From assembly GCF_000143415.4 (NCBI RefSeq), contig NW_003314301.1:766961-830960 (forward strand): 64,000 bases of DNA, given 5' to 3'. Below the pieces are notes generated by a model that searched no databases, was not told the origin of the DNA, and saw only the letters and a program-made list of their open reading frames with translations. Within the stretch, counting starts at the first letter, position 1; each line of letters starts with the position of its first letter. Positions 36,941-48,600 of this stretch are shown piece by piece. Origin of the DNA: Selaginella moellendorffii (taxonomy: Eukaryota > Plantae > Lycopodiophyta). Made by a program: the position numbers and the translations under genes.

Positions 36941-38140
36941 GATGGCATGTATTTATTTAAAAATGTAACTTATTATGGCATGGGGTTCCATGCCATTGTA
37001 TTAATATTAAAAGACAATTCTTTGAGAGGATTTACATTATACTAGAAGTGTTACAGCATGTTATTGGAAGTCTATGAAGTTGTTTTATTAATAAGGGGAA
37101 AGTAAAGATTGAATGGGGACTTGGGCTCCACCTAGACTCGGAGCAACTGAGCCAATATTAAAAGGATGGAAAGAAATTGGACGATGATGACAAGGAGAAG
37201 AGAGAGGTGAAGCAGTGGCAGGGGGAGGAGAAGTGATTGAGTAGACATTTCCTTGTTTAAAATAAAATGGCATGTGCCTCAATGCAGTTAAATTTTGTTA
37301 TATTTATATACTATATAAAGGTTTGGAAACCTTATTTTACAAGTGGGATAATGACAATTCCCACTTTAACGAAATAAAACTTTCATTGAGTTTCCTTGAT
37401 GATATACTTGCTATTGAATTTTATTGGATAGTGAATCCTATGTTTTCCAACTATTATAATCTTGGTGGTTCTTGTACTATACTACTGTTTTATCGAATGA
37501 TAACTTACTTGGAATACTTTTGTATTCTACTTTAAAATTTAATCATTGGTAATTAAGTCTCTAAGATATCATTGTCTCTAACTTTGATATTGTTCATCTA
37601 TTAATCTTTGAATTTGGGCCAGTATAGGTATACTGGCTTTGGCACTTTGTGTGCATGGTGAAATCTCTAGTCATGAGGTAGCTACTATCGACTGGTCACA
37701 TCACCCATATCTTTGTCAATGTTCCTTATTCCGTTAAAAAGGGCATGACCGTGTAAACAACTTTAACTGCCTGTTTACAGTAGTCTATCTAAACCTTACC
37801 CATGGGTTTAGTTTCTTTGCTCAGGAGGGTTGGGGTCTCTGGCTTCTCTCTCTATGTCCTTGCGAGTAGGGGCGTATCACACTTTTGTAAATTGAGTGAC
37901 ACCCAGAGCAGCAAGGATGGCTAACTCCGTTGGTCATTTCCTTATTAGCGACGGTCGGAAGGTGTCTGAGCTGGTAGTGCATCCGCGTTAGACAAAGAGG
38001 TTGCCTCCTAACTCATTTAAGTTGGTGCATTTCTCACATAGGGTGAATATCGTGAACTTTTTCTGGAGTTGTTTCCTTGGCAGTATTCCAGACTCGAGTG
38101 TGCATCGACGAGGACGTTGATCTTCCCTAGGGGGGGAGAG

Positions 38141-39297
38141 TGTCGCAAATGTGACTTCGGGTATCGAAAGTTACCTGTCAACTAGTCCTTACAAACACTC
38201 TTTCCTTACTGCCACGATGGCAGGAGGTCAGCATTGCTGGTTCTCTTTATTGGCCCCTCTTGCTCAAGTGTTAGTAAACTAGACTTTGCATCTGTATTTG
38301 GTCAAACGAGTATAAGGAAGGAATTCCTAAGTGTCTATTTAGCCAAGCATACTTGGCCCAGCTTGTTAGTTCTCTTTTGCTTTGTCTTGCACTGGCTTGA
38401 CAAGAACCCTCGTGCATTGAAACTAGTCCCTCAATAACACTGGATGATAGCTTACCGTGTTTGCCAAACACCTTCGCTATCATGCCCTTTGTGTTAGTCT
38501 CAATTCAATTCCAAATGCTAATTATGGAAAGTGTCTAGATTTGCTCATTTGGCATATCTACGGAATGTAGAGATTGGCCTAAACACAATGGTGTTCATCC
38601 CATGTCCAAATTTGCAATCTAGCACCATTCCATATTTAGTAAGTTTCAAGCTTGTCCCAGAGACTAACTCCTGATATTAAAGGAAGCTTGGGGTGAAAGC
38701 CCAAAGCATGTGTTCCTCAAGGGGGGGGGGGGGGGGGGGGGCTATGGGGGGTTCCAAATGTATAGTAGGGATAGTGGGTAGGTCGGGTATGGCTGACTAA
38801 CCTAAGGCATAGTCTAGCACCTGTTTGTGTGCCTGTCCTTGTTCTACGTCCGGCTTGGGTCTAAGCCCAAGTTCCATTCCATGCTAGCTGGTGGAGTACC
38901 TATATCCTTGTGTTAGGCCATTGGTATGTCGAAATAGCGCTAGACTCCATTTGGCTCTGTTTTACGTGTTGGTTTTGGCATTAGGATGTTGGTTGCTCTA
39001 GGACTGTTCTAAGTTGCTCCGAGCTCCTGTCCCTTCGCTCCTTGGGCTATATGTTCGAGAGTTGCTCCGTGGTCTAGTTCCGTCACTCCTTGGCTCCATG
39101 CTTGGGAGTTTGGCACCGTTCCTTTGTTCAGTGGCCCAAGGCCTTTAACCTCAGGTTCCACACCACTGTCCTATGGACATGTGGCATGTGACATGTGGCA
39201 TTTAACATGTGGCACATGGAGGGTGTAGGTTCTGCTTTATGGTGTTATCCTATGGTAAATCACCATATGATAAAGGGTCAAAACCATGTGCGCTACA
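38141..39297 (+). repeat. 3' LTR of element X
   Basis: Preceded by a PPT. Direct repeat of 19324-20569. Confidence 0.88.
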
Positions 39298-39989
39298 TTT
39301 GGTATTAGAGGATACATCTCAGCGAGTACTATCCATTGAGATTGGGCAACTAGTCATAAAGGTCAAAACCACGTACGCTACAGTAGGAGTAGATTTTCTA
39401 TATACTCTAACCCTTTTGCAATGTTTGAGGTTTCTAGGTTTCCTCCTGGCATGGCAAACTGGAGAAGATTCTATGGCTTTTCTGAGGCATAAAAATGGAT
39501 TTAACAAGGGACAGGACCGAGGATTCTATGTGATGCCTCCTCCTCTCAAGGCTCAACAATCCCTCCAACAAGGCAGCCCAAGACTACTTTTAATGTTGTG
39601 CCAATCACCGTGGGGAAAGGTCCTGCTGAAGAAAGTGATAGCGAGGGATATGTTATTGCTCAAGATGCAAGCGAGGACGAGTTCATAGACCTAGAGGGTG
39701 ATTTTGGTTCTACCATGAAACAGGTTGGGCATCAAGCGAGGATGGGCATCATATAGCACCTAAGCTCAATATTTTTAACCTAGATCCTAAATTGGAAGTT
39801 TCTTTAGAAGTGTAGTGATTACCCATGGTGAGGCAAGCATAAGCCAAAAGGTTACCAAGGGCCGCAAGTGCCTATAATGGGCATTTGTGGAATCTTTTGA
39901 ATATTCTTACCTTTAACTTTGCTAATGAACTGGAAAGAGTCTTTTTCAAAGTGTGAAACATATTTCAAGACAATTATCTATTTTTATTG

Positions 39990-42700
39990 TGGAAGTGTCT
40001 AGATTACTTCCACAACATCAGCCCAATCCATATAAGCTCTCTGGATTTTGGAGTGCCCGATGGATCTTGTGTTTGGTCCACTCCATTGACAGGTATGTTA
40101 AAGGGAAGAAAACTTCTTGTGTGCATGTGGAGAACCTGGGAAACCAAGTAGATGATGTACCCTGTCTCTCAACTTGGATCCAAATAGGCTCTCCCGATCG
40201 GAACTCTGGAGAATCAACCGCAAAGTGATGGAACTTGGATAACTCTTTCGGGCTTATATCTATAAAATGTTTAAATATACAAGAGTTTTAGTTGTTTGTG
40301 AAAGTAAATAGTTACCTCGAATGATGTCCACAATCCAGCTGCAAAAGTTCTCTCCAAAGTCTTGATCAAAGATCAGGCAGTTGATGAAATCTGCGGGAAG
40401 AATAATCATCCTTACCTAGAAGACCTGTAACAAATCATCTGTCCCAATGAGTGAAAGCCCATCTAGTAATGCTAGACTCTTGTAAGGCCTCTGACAAGCT
40501 TCCATGCGCATTGAGTGTTGGAAGCCATCTCAGAGTAAGTCTCCCACTACATTTGGCTTGATGAATAGGTAACGCCAGACCACCATAGCCACACATGCCT
40601 CCACAGTTTGCTCATAACTTTCACCAAGTTTGGTAAGTCTAGACTTAAGCACTATGTTGTAGTTGGTAATTGCAGGGTTCTCTAAGATGAAATCCACAAA
40701 CTTGTGCCAATCACCCTCCTCCTTTAGGCTTGATGCACCTCGCAATTGGTTGAGTGCATTCCAAATATGTGGCACGCATGCCTTAAGGTCCATCTCATAC
40801 AGTCCTCCTCGGGCAAGTCGTTGGTCATTCTCATCTAGAACCTCTCCAGCTGCAATTGCCAATGTTGCAATTGTACACTCGTGAGATACTTGTGCATTAC
40901 ATTTGAACGCTTGGAATAGCAACCATCCCATAAAGATAGCCTATGCATATAGAAATGAGGAACATATAAAACTTGTGTTTTAAACTTAACTTACCACATC
41001 CCGCTTTTCTTGTCGCAATGTCCTAGAATGCATTGGCATCCTGGGATGCCAATACATGGCTCCTTCCCTAAGCACAAACAGTTCATGTGTTTGTAACACA
41101 AAGTTACTTTAGTGAGCCAAGTGAAAAATAGACTTACCAATCCTAGAATCTGGTGAACAGCCTCCCTAATGGCTTTTGCATGTGGCCCACCCGCATCTAT
41201 TGTGAATTCCTCCCACACCAAAACTCCTCCAATCTTATACGCATAGACCACTTTGTAATTCGTTGTGTGGAGATTAATATTGAAGGTGAATTGGAAACAA
41301 TTGAATTCATTGTTTAGTGCAATCTGGAAGGACAAGTTAGGGAACTTCAATTTATAGGCAATCCATTGCTTACCAGAATGTGAGACGGCCTCAAACATGT
41401 ACGAGCAAGTTTGTATGGCCGAAGCATGACCTTCTCGATGCAAAAACAAAAGAACTTACAATAGAGTGTTTTGTCAAATAGTTCTTTCACTTATTGTGCA
41501 GTTGCCCAATTCCTACATAGGTCCCTGCATAAAACAATAAGATGGTACTAAGTGCTAAGAAATAGATACATGTACCTCTTCTCAATGAATCATGCTATTG
41601 TGGACTCAACAATTGAAGGAGGCACATTGATACTTACTTCAGCAAGGAGCTATTGGATTGTGTTGTCATAAAACACATCCTCATACTATGCTTCTGAAAA
41701 GTGAAGCTTAAGGAGAACACTCTCCCAATCTTGCCAATGAGGCATAGCTTGGCTAAAAAGCATACACCGAAAAAATATTTTGCCACTAGCCCAATGGAAC
41801 TCAGGATGTCCAGCAATAGCATCTAGCATCTCCTCATCACTTGTGCTCTCCACACCAAAGCAACCATTTTAGCCACTGCACCTATGAAAGAACTTTAGCA
41901 TCCCCCTGTGCCTTCACCTCAAGGGCTGTGGTGGCATCTTATAAGGCAAAAACCTCCTCATGCTACAACATGATGAAGTTGGCACTATCCTGAGTGGTTA
42001 ACTAAATAGCTTTATTAAATGCATTGGTAGCATCAATCCATCATTGTTGATGCTCCAACAACCTATATGCAAATGTTAGTTCAATTTTGAATGGCATAAT
42101 CTTCAATTATTTTACTCTACTATAGAAAAGTTGTCAAGCAACTTCATAAGAGTAAGTAGAATGGAACTACTTCCCCCTAGAAAGGGGGGTGGAGGCATAC
42201 CATAGTCTTCAAGGCCTCCGCCATCACTGTTATACATTACTATTGGCGTATTTACACTCAAAAATTAGAAAATGAAGAAAATATTCATTTTATGTTAATG
42301 CTTTTTACCGGCTGCATGGCCTGGAGCCACTATCTCTTGTGACAAGGATGTCTCTAGAGATCCTTGGTGCGGTTCATCCCCACCATCACCTTGTTCTTTG
42401 ACTCTGGTGATGTTCATATTGTCTTGCGTGGGGAGAGTTTCTTCCGATAATGAAAGAATATCCTCTTCATCCGCAAAGTCTTCTTCTTCATTATTCTCGT
42501 CTTGGTTTGGTTCCTACGTGGCTGGCCTTGGGAGAAATGGCTCTATCACTAAGGGATCATCATTTGCAGTCAAAGTATTTGTAGCAGTTACAACTACAAA
42601 GACCACAACATATATTTGTGAGGAGGGAACTTAAAAAGGAAAAATGACTTACATTCACGAACATCCTTCTCCTCGAGTGCTCAGGCCTACTTTTGATAAC
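39990..42700 (-). pseudogene. Unidentified multi-exon gene, truncated upstream by LTR insertion
   Basis: Protein-like ORFs 40530-40931 and 40991-41449. Repeated minus-strand splice signals (plus CTTAC / CTATG / CTGCA). Stops present. No family recognised. Confidence 0.4.
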
Positions 42701-42775
42701 TTAGCCAATATTTGTCAGTAAGATGCTCCATAACATTATATAGGTATTATTGTTGCCTAGTTGCCATTAGCCTTG

Positions 42776-45662
42776 TGTAAGCGACTAATTTTTCCATTCT
42801 ACTTTAGTCATTTAACCACACTTCTAACCATTTGGAAGAGTCTCATTCACAACCTCCACAAGTCCTATTCCGGACTTGGGGCTTGCTATCCCCAAGAATG
42901 GCATCCATGCCACTCAACCTTTGCACTTGGTCCAAGTGCTCCATGTGTCCGATCCCTTGATCAACACTCCAAGGTACCACCGACATACCAGCCCGTTACA
43001 CTAGGCCATGCCCATTCACCTTGGTCACATCGGTGGTTTAACACCACCTACATTAGAATCCCATCTCTTAAAGACTGGGCTATCCATCCATTAGTGGTTA
43101 TCCCAGATCCACTCCATAGCATCCTCAAAATGCCTACAGACATGGGGAATAACCTTCCCCAATGTCTCCTTTCCGGTCCCCACCACCATGGCCGTGTTCG
43201 CCAACACTGCCACTGGATTAAGGCCCATAGGCCCGGCCACCAAGTCCCACTGTCCTCTGGGACTCCCTCACCGTGTGACTGTGTCCTTGGTCATCACACA
43301 AGAGGGCTACTCCTCTTCCTTTCCATAGTCTGTGACTTTGGGACAACATTTTGGAACACCGTGGCCTTACGAAGGCCTCATGGGTACTCTCCCCACCTTC
43401 CACCTTTGGGTGCTCTAGCCATGGGCTTAGAGGAAAGTTCTGTTGAGCCATGCCAGGTATCCAAGTAGGTAGTGCCACCCATGCTTGGACTGGGAGTATC
43501 GACCATCTGATCTCCTGGGGGAACTAAAGCTAGCTCTTGAACACTTCACTAAGCTACCCTGTTTGTCGGTCCATATTCACTCTAGTCTTGGACTTCCCAG
43601 TGGTCAGCTCATCACCCAACACAAGGTATGGCCTTCCTGGGCCAAACTAGCCTTTCTTGGCCAAATTGGCTCTACTGGCCTCCACTAGGCTCCAAGCCCC
43701 ACACTCTCCCTACTATACTTTTGGAACCCCCTACAGCCCCCCCCCCCCCCCCCCCTTCCCCTTGGGGAACGATCGCTTTGGGCTTTCACCCAACTGCCTG
43801 TATTAGTATTCGGACTCATACTTGGACTCGGACTCGGTCTCGGTCCCGATTTCGGACTCGGACTCAGTCTCGGTCTCAGTCCTAGTTCCATCTCGGACTC
43901 CATGTCGGGTCCATCTTGAACTCCATCTCAGACTCCATCTCGGGTCCATCTCGAACTCCATCTCAGACTCCATCTTGGGTCCATCTCGGGTCCATCTCGG
44001 ACTCCATCTTGGGTCCGTTTCGGACTCTATCTCGGGTCTGTCTCGGACTCAATCTTGGGTCCATCTCGGGTCCATCTCGGACTCCATCTCGAGTCCATCT
44101 CAGACTCCATTTCTAGTCCATCTTGGGTCCATCTCGGGTCCATCTTGGGTCCACTTCGGACTCCACCTCGGACTCCATCTCGGGTCCATCTTGGACTCCA
44201 TCTCGAATCCATCTCGGACTCAATCTTGGGTCCCTTTTCTAGAGACTCACTTATCTCTCACTTCGTGCTTGTTCCTCGAGCACTTTGTTGGGAGTTCCAC
44301 TCCCGCTTTTGACCTTTTAAGTTGAAACTTTTAGTCCAAACGTGTTATGCTCGTTTGGTTCCACTTTGGGGCTTAGGGATTTTGTGTCTCACAACTCCAC
44401 CACCCATAAACGAAGTTCGATGCCTTCATCGAATGATAAACTATTTTATAAAGTAATACCAACTTATATTACCCTTTCCACCCTTGGCCCCTTGCCAATA
44501 TTCATCAATTCCAAAGGGTGCTCACCCTTAGTAGGTCTCTTTAGCATTTTCTGTTATGGGCTTTATCCACAGCCCAACTTCGTGACCCTCCCATGGGTCT
44601 CTTATAGAGACTACGTTTTTCGGACTCTCTATGCCATCGCATTGACATAGTTCATTTCCCTTAAATGTTCTTCCCACTTGGTCACTTTGACCAAACCACA
44701 CCATTATTAGTAGTTCGAATTAACACTTTGAACTAGGAATCTTATTCCTTACCCACACAAAGACTTTGTCCTTATTTAGCCACAAGATCACTGAGTGATC
44801 TTATCTTGGCACCTTAATAGGTTTGCCATTAGGTACTAGGTCTTCCAAACCTTTAAGTTGTTGACCATAACCCTAGGGGCATCCCCCACACTTAGCAGTG
44901 CGCTTAAGCTACCCCTTCCAGCCAAGGGTCCATAACAATTGAGATTGGGTGTCCCCATCTCATTCACCACGTCCTTGGTGTTACTCGCACCAAAGTGTTC
45001 AAGTTAGATATGCTGAGCCACACTAAGCAATCTAACCGTACATTACGACTCTGGGGCATCCCCCACTTGGCAGTGTGCCCAAGCTAGTCTCTTTACTAAG
45101 AGTCCATAACCATCGAAAAATGAATGTCCTCATATTCCAAACCATCACCGCGCCCTAGTGAGTTGGGACTCGAACCCAAGCACTAGAGGGTCAGGACTCG
45201 AACCTAACCTCCGCACAGGATGCCTAGCGTGACTCCCATGCTAGTGCACCAACTTATACTTAAAGCACGATACAGATCACAGCTTAGGAACTTAGTTCCT
45301 CCACACTGCCAAGTCCTCTCACTTGACATATCTGTGATCATGCATGGACTCCTCCATGCTCGGCCCCATGGGCAACCCCTTTTGAAGTTAGCACCTTCGA
45401 CTACGGGATTTGTTCCCCTGACTTGCCAATTTTTCTTAGCAAGTAATCCGGCCACCGTAATATAGTTCATGTATAAGCGTGAAAGTCCTTAACCATCGAC
45501 TTTCATTCAAAACCCTCTCTTTAGACACTCGGGAACTACTTCCCTAACCTTAATAGCCTCGCCTCTCAGCAAGCTTCAAGATCACGCTTCTATTGCACCA
45601 CTTTGATTTTGTACGCTCTATAAACCATTTACACTTGGATGTCTAGATAATTATTTACCTAG
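42776..45662 (-). mobile_element. LTR element 1 (3' LTR 42776-44393 plus 3' internal region), interrupted by element 2
   Basis: TG..CA LTR duplicated at 45663-47317. The adjacent ACTCCACCACCCAT is the reverse complement of the PPT position of element 3. Left flank CCTTG. Confidence 0.8.
43810..44230. repeat. TCCATCTCGGAC/GACTCG 6-12-mer tandem array inside LTR
   Basis: Same array at 46660-47090. Reverse-complement relatives (GAGTCC/GAGATC) at 48640-48895 and 60645-60900. Confidence 0.9.
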
Positions 45663-48600
45663 TGTAAGGGATTAATTTTTCCATTCTACTTTAGTCATTT
45701 AATCGCACCTCCAACCACTTGGAGGAGTTTCATTCACAACCTCCATAAGTCCCATTTAGGACTTGGGGCTTGCTAGCCCCAAGAATGGCATCTATGCCAC
45801 TCAACATTTGCACTTGGTCCAAATGCTCCACGTGTCTGATCCCATGATCAACACCCCAAGGTACCACTGACCTCTCAGCCTATTACGCTAAGGCCATGCC
45901 CATTTACCTTGGTCACACTGGTGGTCCAACACCACCTGCATCGCAATCCCGTCTTTCTAGAACTAGGCCATTCGTCCATGAGTGATCATCTTAGATCCAC
46001 TCCTTAGCATCCTTAGCATGCCCCAAGATATGGGGAATAACCTTCCCCAATATCTCTTTTCTGGTCCCCACTAAGTCCCTTTCTGTCCATGGCTATGTTC
46101 ATCAACACTGCCACTGGATCAAGGCCCGCAGGCCCGACCTCTAAGTCCCACTATCCTTTGGGACTTCCTCACTATGTGACCGTATCCTTGGTCACTACAC
46201 TAGAGGATTGCTCCTCTTCCTTTTCACCGTCTGGAACTTTGGGACAACATTTTGGAACACCGTGGCATTACGCGAGCCTCATGGGTACTCTCCCCACCTT
46301 CCGCCTTTTGGTGCTCTAGCCATGGGCTTAGAACAAGGTTCCGTTGAGCCATGCCGGGTATCCAAGTAGGTAGTGCCACCCACACTTGGACTGGGAGCAT
46401 CGATCATTCGATCTCCCGGGGGGAACTAGAGCCAGCTCTTGAATACTTCACCAAGCTACCCTGCTTGTCGGTCCGTATTCACTCTAGTCTTGGACTTCCC
46501 AGTGGTCAGCTCATCACCCAACACTTGGGTACAGCTTTCCTGGGCCAAACTAGCCTTTCTTGGCCAAATTGGCTCCACTACAGTCCTCCCCCTACTATAC
46601 TTTTGGAGCTCACCAAACCCCCTAGGGTCTAGGAGACGAACGCTTTGGGCTTTCACCCTCTCAGATTCGAACTCAGACTCGGACTCAGACTCAAACTCGG
46701 GCTTGGGCTCGGTCTCGGCCTCGGCCTTGGGCTTGGTCTCGGCCTTGGCCTTGGGCTCGGTCTCGGCCTCGGCCTTGGGCTCGGTCTCGGCCTCGGCCTT
46801 GGTCTCGGTCCCAGTCTCTGTCTCGGTCTCGGTCCCGGTCTCGACTTCAGACTCCATCTCAAATCCTTCTCAAACTCCATCTCGGACTCCATCTCGGACT
46901 CCATCTCGGGTCCATCTCGGGTCCATCTTGGACTCCATCTCAGACTCCATCTTGGACTCCATCTCGGGTCCATCTCGGACTCCATATTGAACTCCATCTT
47001 GGGTCCATCTCGGGTCCACCTCGGACTCCATCTCAGACTCCATCTCAGATTCCATCTTGGGTCCATCTTGGACTCCATCTCGGACTCTTCCACGTGTCAT
47101 GTGTTGGTCCTCTTGTGTCCCTTTTCTAAAGACTCACTTATCTCTCACTTCGTGCTTGTTCCTCGAGCACTTCGTTGGGAGTTCCACTCCCACTCTCGAC
47201 CTTTCAAGTTAAAGCTTTTAGTCCAAACGTGTTATGCTCATTTGGTTTTCGCTTCGGCCATTACCACATGGCACCCTTCCGGTTCCACTTTGAGGCCTAG
47301 GGATTTTGTGTCTCACAACTCCACCACCCATAGACGAAGTTTGATGTCCTTATCGAATGGTAAACCCTTTTATAAAGTAACACCCGCACGTATTACCATT
47401 TCCATCCTTGGCACCCAGCCAATATTTGTCTATGGTTTGACACCGAAGGCTCACCATGCCTTATCCATCCTCTAAGGAGCATAGTCTCTCCAACATAGAG
47501 ACTCATTTGACCACCTAGGGTAGTTTGCTCCTTGTTATTGGTTCAATTCCCGCTAAACCCGTTAGAGATACCTTCTCTAACTCAATTCCTCTACTCATTC
47601 TCGAGTAGTCTCAGATTCCATCGACATAACTTTTTCACTTTGGAACTTTTAATTTTGACTGCTTAGAGTCAATTTCCTAGGTGTCTCCAACACCTTACGT
47701 TGCACATGGTGCAACTCCACTTCCCCATCCTAGAAAGTTCCTTACTTGAGGGCACCATCATCCTCTCTACGATATTGTGCCACCTTTAGCACTAAGTTCC
47801 AGTTATCGTAATTTATGCTAGGGCTGTCCATGGCCCTATCATTTGACTACGTCACCACTCCCTCCCTTGGAGCTTCCACCTTCGCCAAATCGGAGCAATT
47901 TGGAACCTATCCTTGGAAACACATTGCCTTCCCATAATCCGTTAGCGTCCAACACATTAGTGTTCCTGGACTAACTTTGCCATTTGGCTTCTATCCCCTG
48001 ATTCCCACAGCCCTTTTCTTAGCCACTAGTCTTTTGCTCCCATCCTTGATTGTTGCACCAAGCAACACAGGATTGCCACCTCCATTCTCGAGGTATCATT
48101 TCAATTCCATAGCAAAGACTTTGTTTTGCCAAGTCCAGAGGGTGTTCACCCCTAGTATGTCTCTTTAGCATTTTCTGCTATGGGCTTTATCATGGCCCAA
48201 CTTTGAGACCCTCCCATGGATCTCTTATAAAGACTACTTTCCTTGGACTTATTATGCCATCGCATTGACATAGCTCACTTCCCTTATGTGTTCTTCCCAC
48301 TCAGTCACCTTGACCAAGTCACACCATCATCAATAGTTCCAATCAACACTTTGAACTTGGAACTTTATCCCTTAACCTCACAAGGACTTTGTCCTTGTTT
48401 TAGCCATAAGATCACATAATGATTTAACCTTGGCACCTTAACAGGTTTGCCAATAAATACCAGGTCTTTCAGACCTTTAAATTGTTCACCATGACCCCGG
48501 GGGCATCCCCCACATTTGGCGGTGCACCCAAGCTAGCTCTTCCGGCCAAGGTGTAAGGAACCAACTCCCCGAGGTGTCGTAGGCTAAAGAATCCCCAAAA

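Larger units (their letters stand above)
24360..37290. repeat. Dispersed 22-bp palindrome ATGGCRTG-N6-CAYGCCAT, ~27 copies
   Basis: Examples at 24765, 25671, 28280, 29817, 31338, 31415, 34393, 34584, 35823 and 36975. Seen only between the TIRs. Confidence 0.92.
24218..37382. mobile_element. Large (13.2 kb) Sola-like DDE DNA transposon with cargo gene
   Basis: 16-bp TIR AAGCTTTATTTCGTTA (24218-24233) / TAACGAAATAAAACTT (37367-37382), 15/16 match. TCATT on both sides (24213-24217, 37383-37387). T-rich host sequence resumes at both ends. Confidence 0.8.
19324..39382 (+). mobile_element. Decayed Ty3/gypsy-type LTR retrotransposon (element X)
   Basis: LTRs TG..CA at 19324-20569 and 38141-39297. 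PBS TGGTATTAGAG (tRNA-iMet-like) at 20572-20582. PPT AGGGGGGGAGAG at 38129-38140. Imperfect TSD GTAAG/GTAGG. Internal region has no open ORF. Confidence 0.85.
19235..39723 (+). pseudogene. Gene with RNase H1 N-terminal hybrid-binding (viroplasmin-like) domain, split by a 20-kb retroelement
   Basis: Exon 19235-19318 YAVYCGRRTGVFRDW joins in frame with exon 39430-39723 VSRFPPGMANWRRFYGFSEA*KWI. The element sits at the GTAAG donor. TAA stops in exon 2. Confidence 0.6.

Noticed and set aside
24360-37290. Palindromic repeats as a CRISPR array
   Set aside because: Spacing is irregular (tens to more than 1000 bp), there are no uniform spacers or cas genes, and the context is eukaryotic.
43810-47100. 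Long ORFs such as GLGLGL.., SDSISG.., RPRPRP..
   Set aside because: They are translations of 6/12-mer tandem arrays inside LTRs and are open in several frames on both strands.
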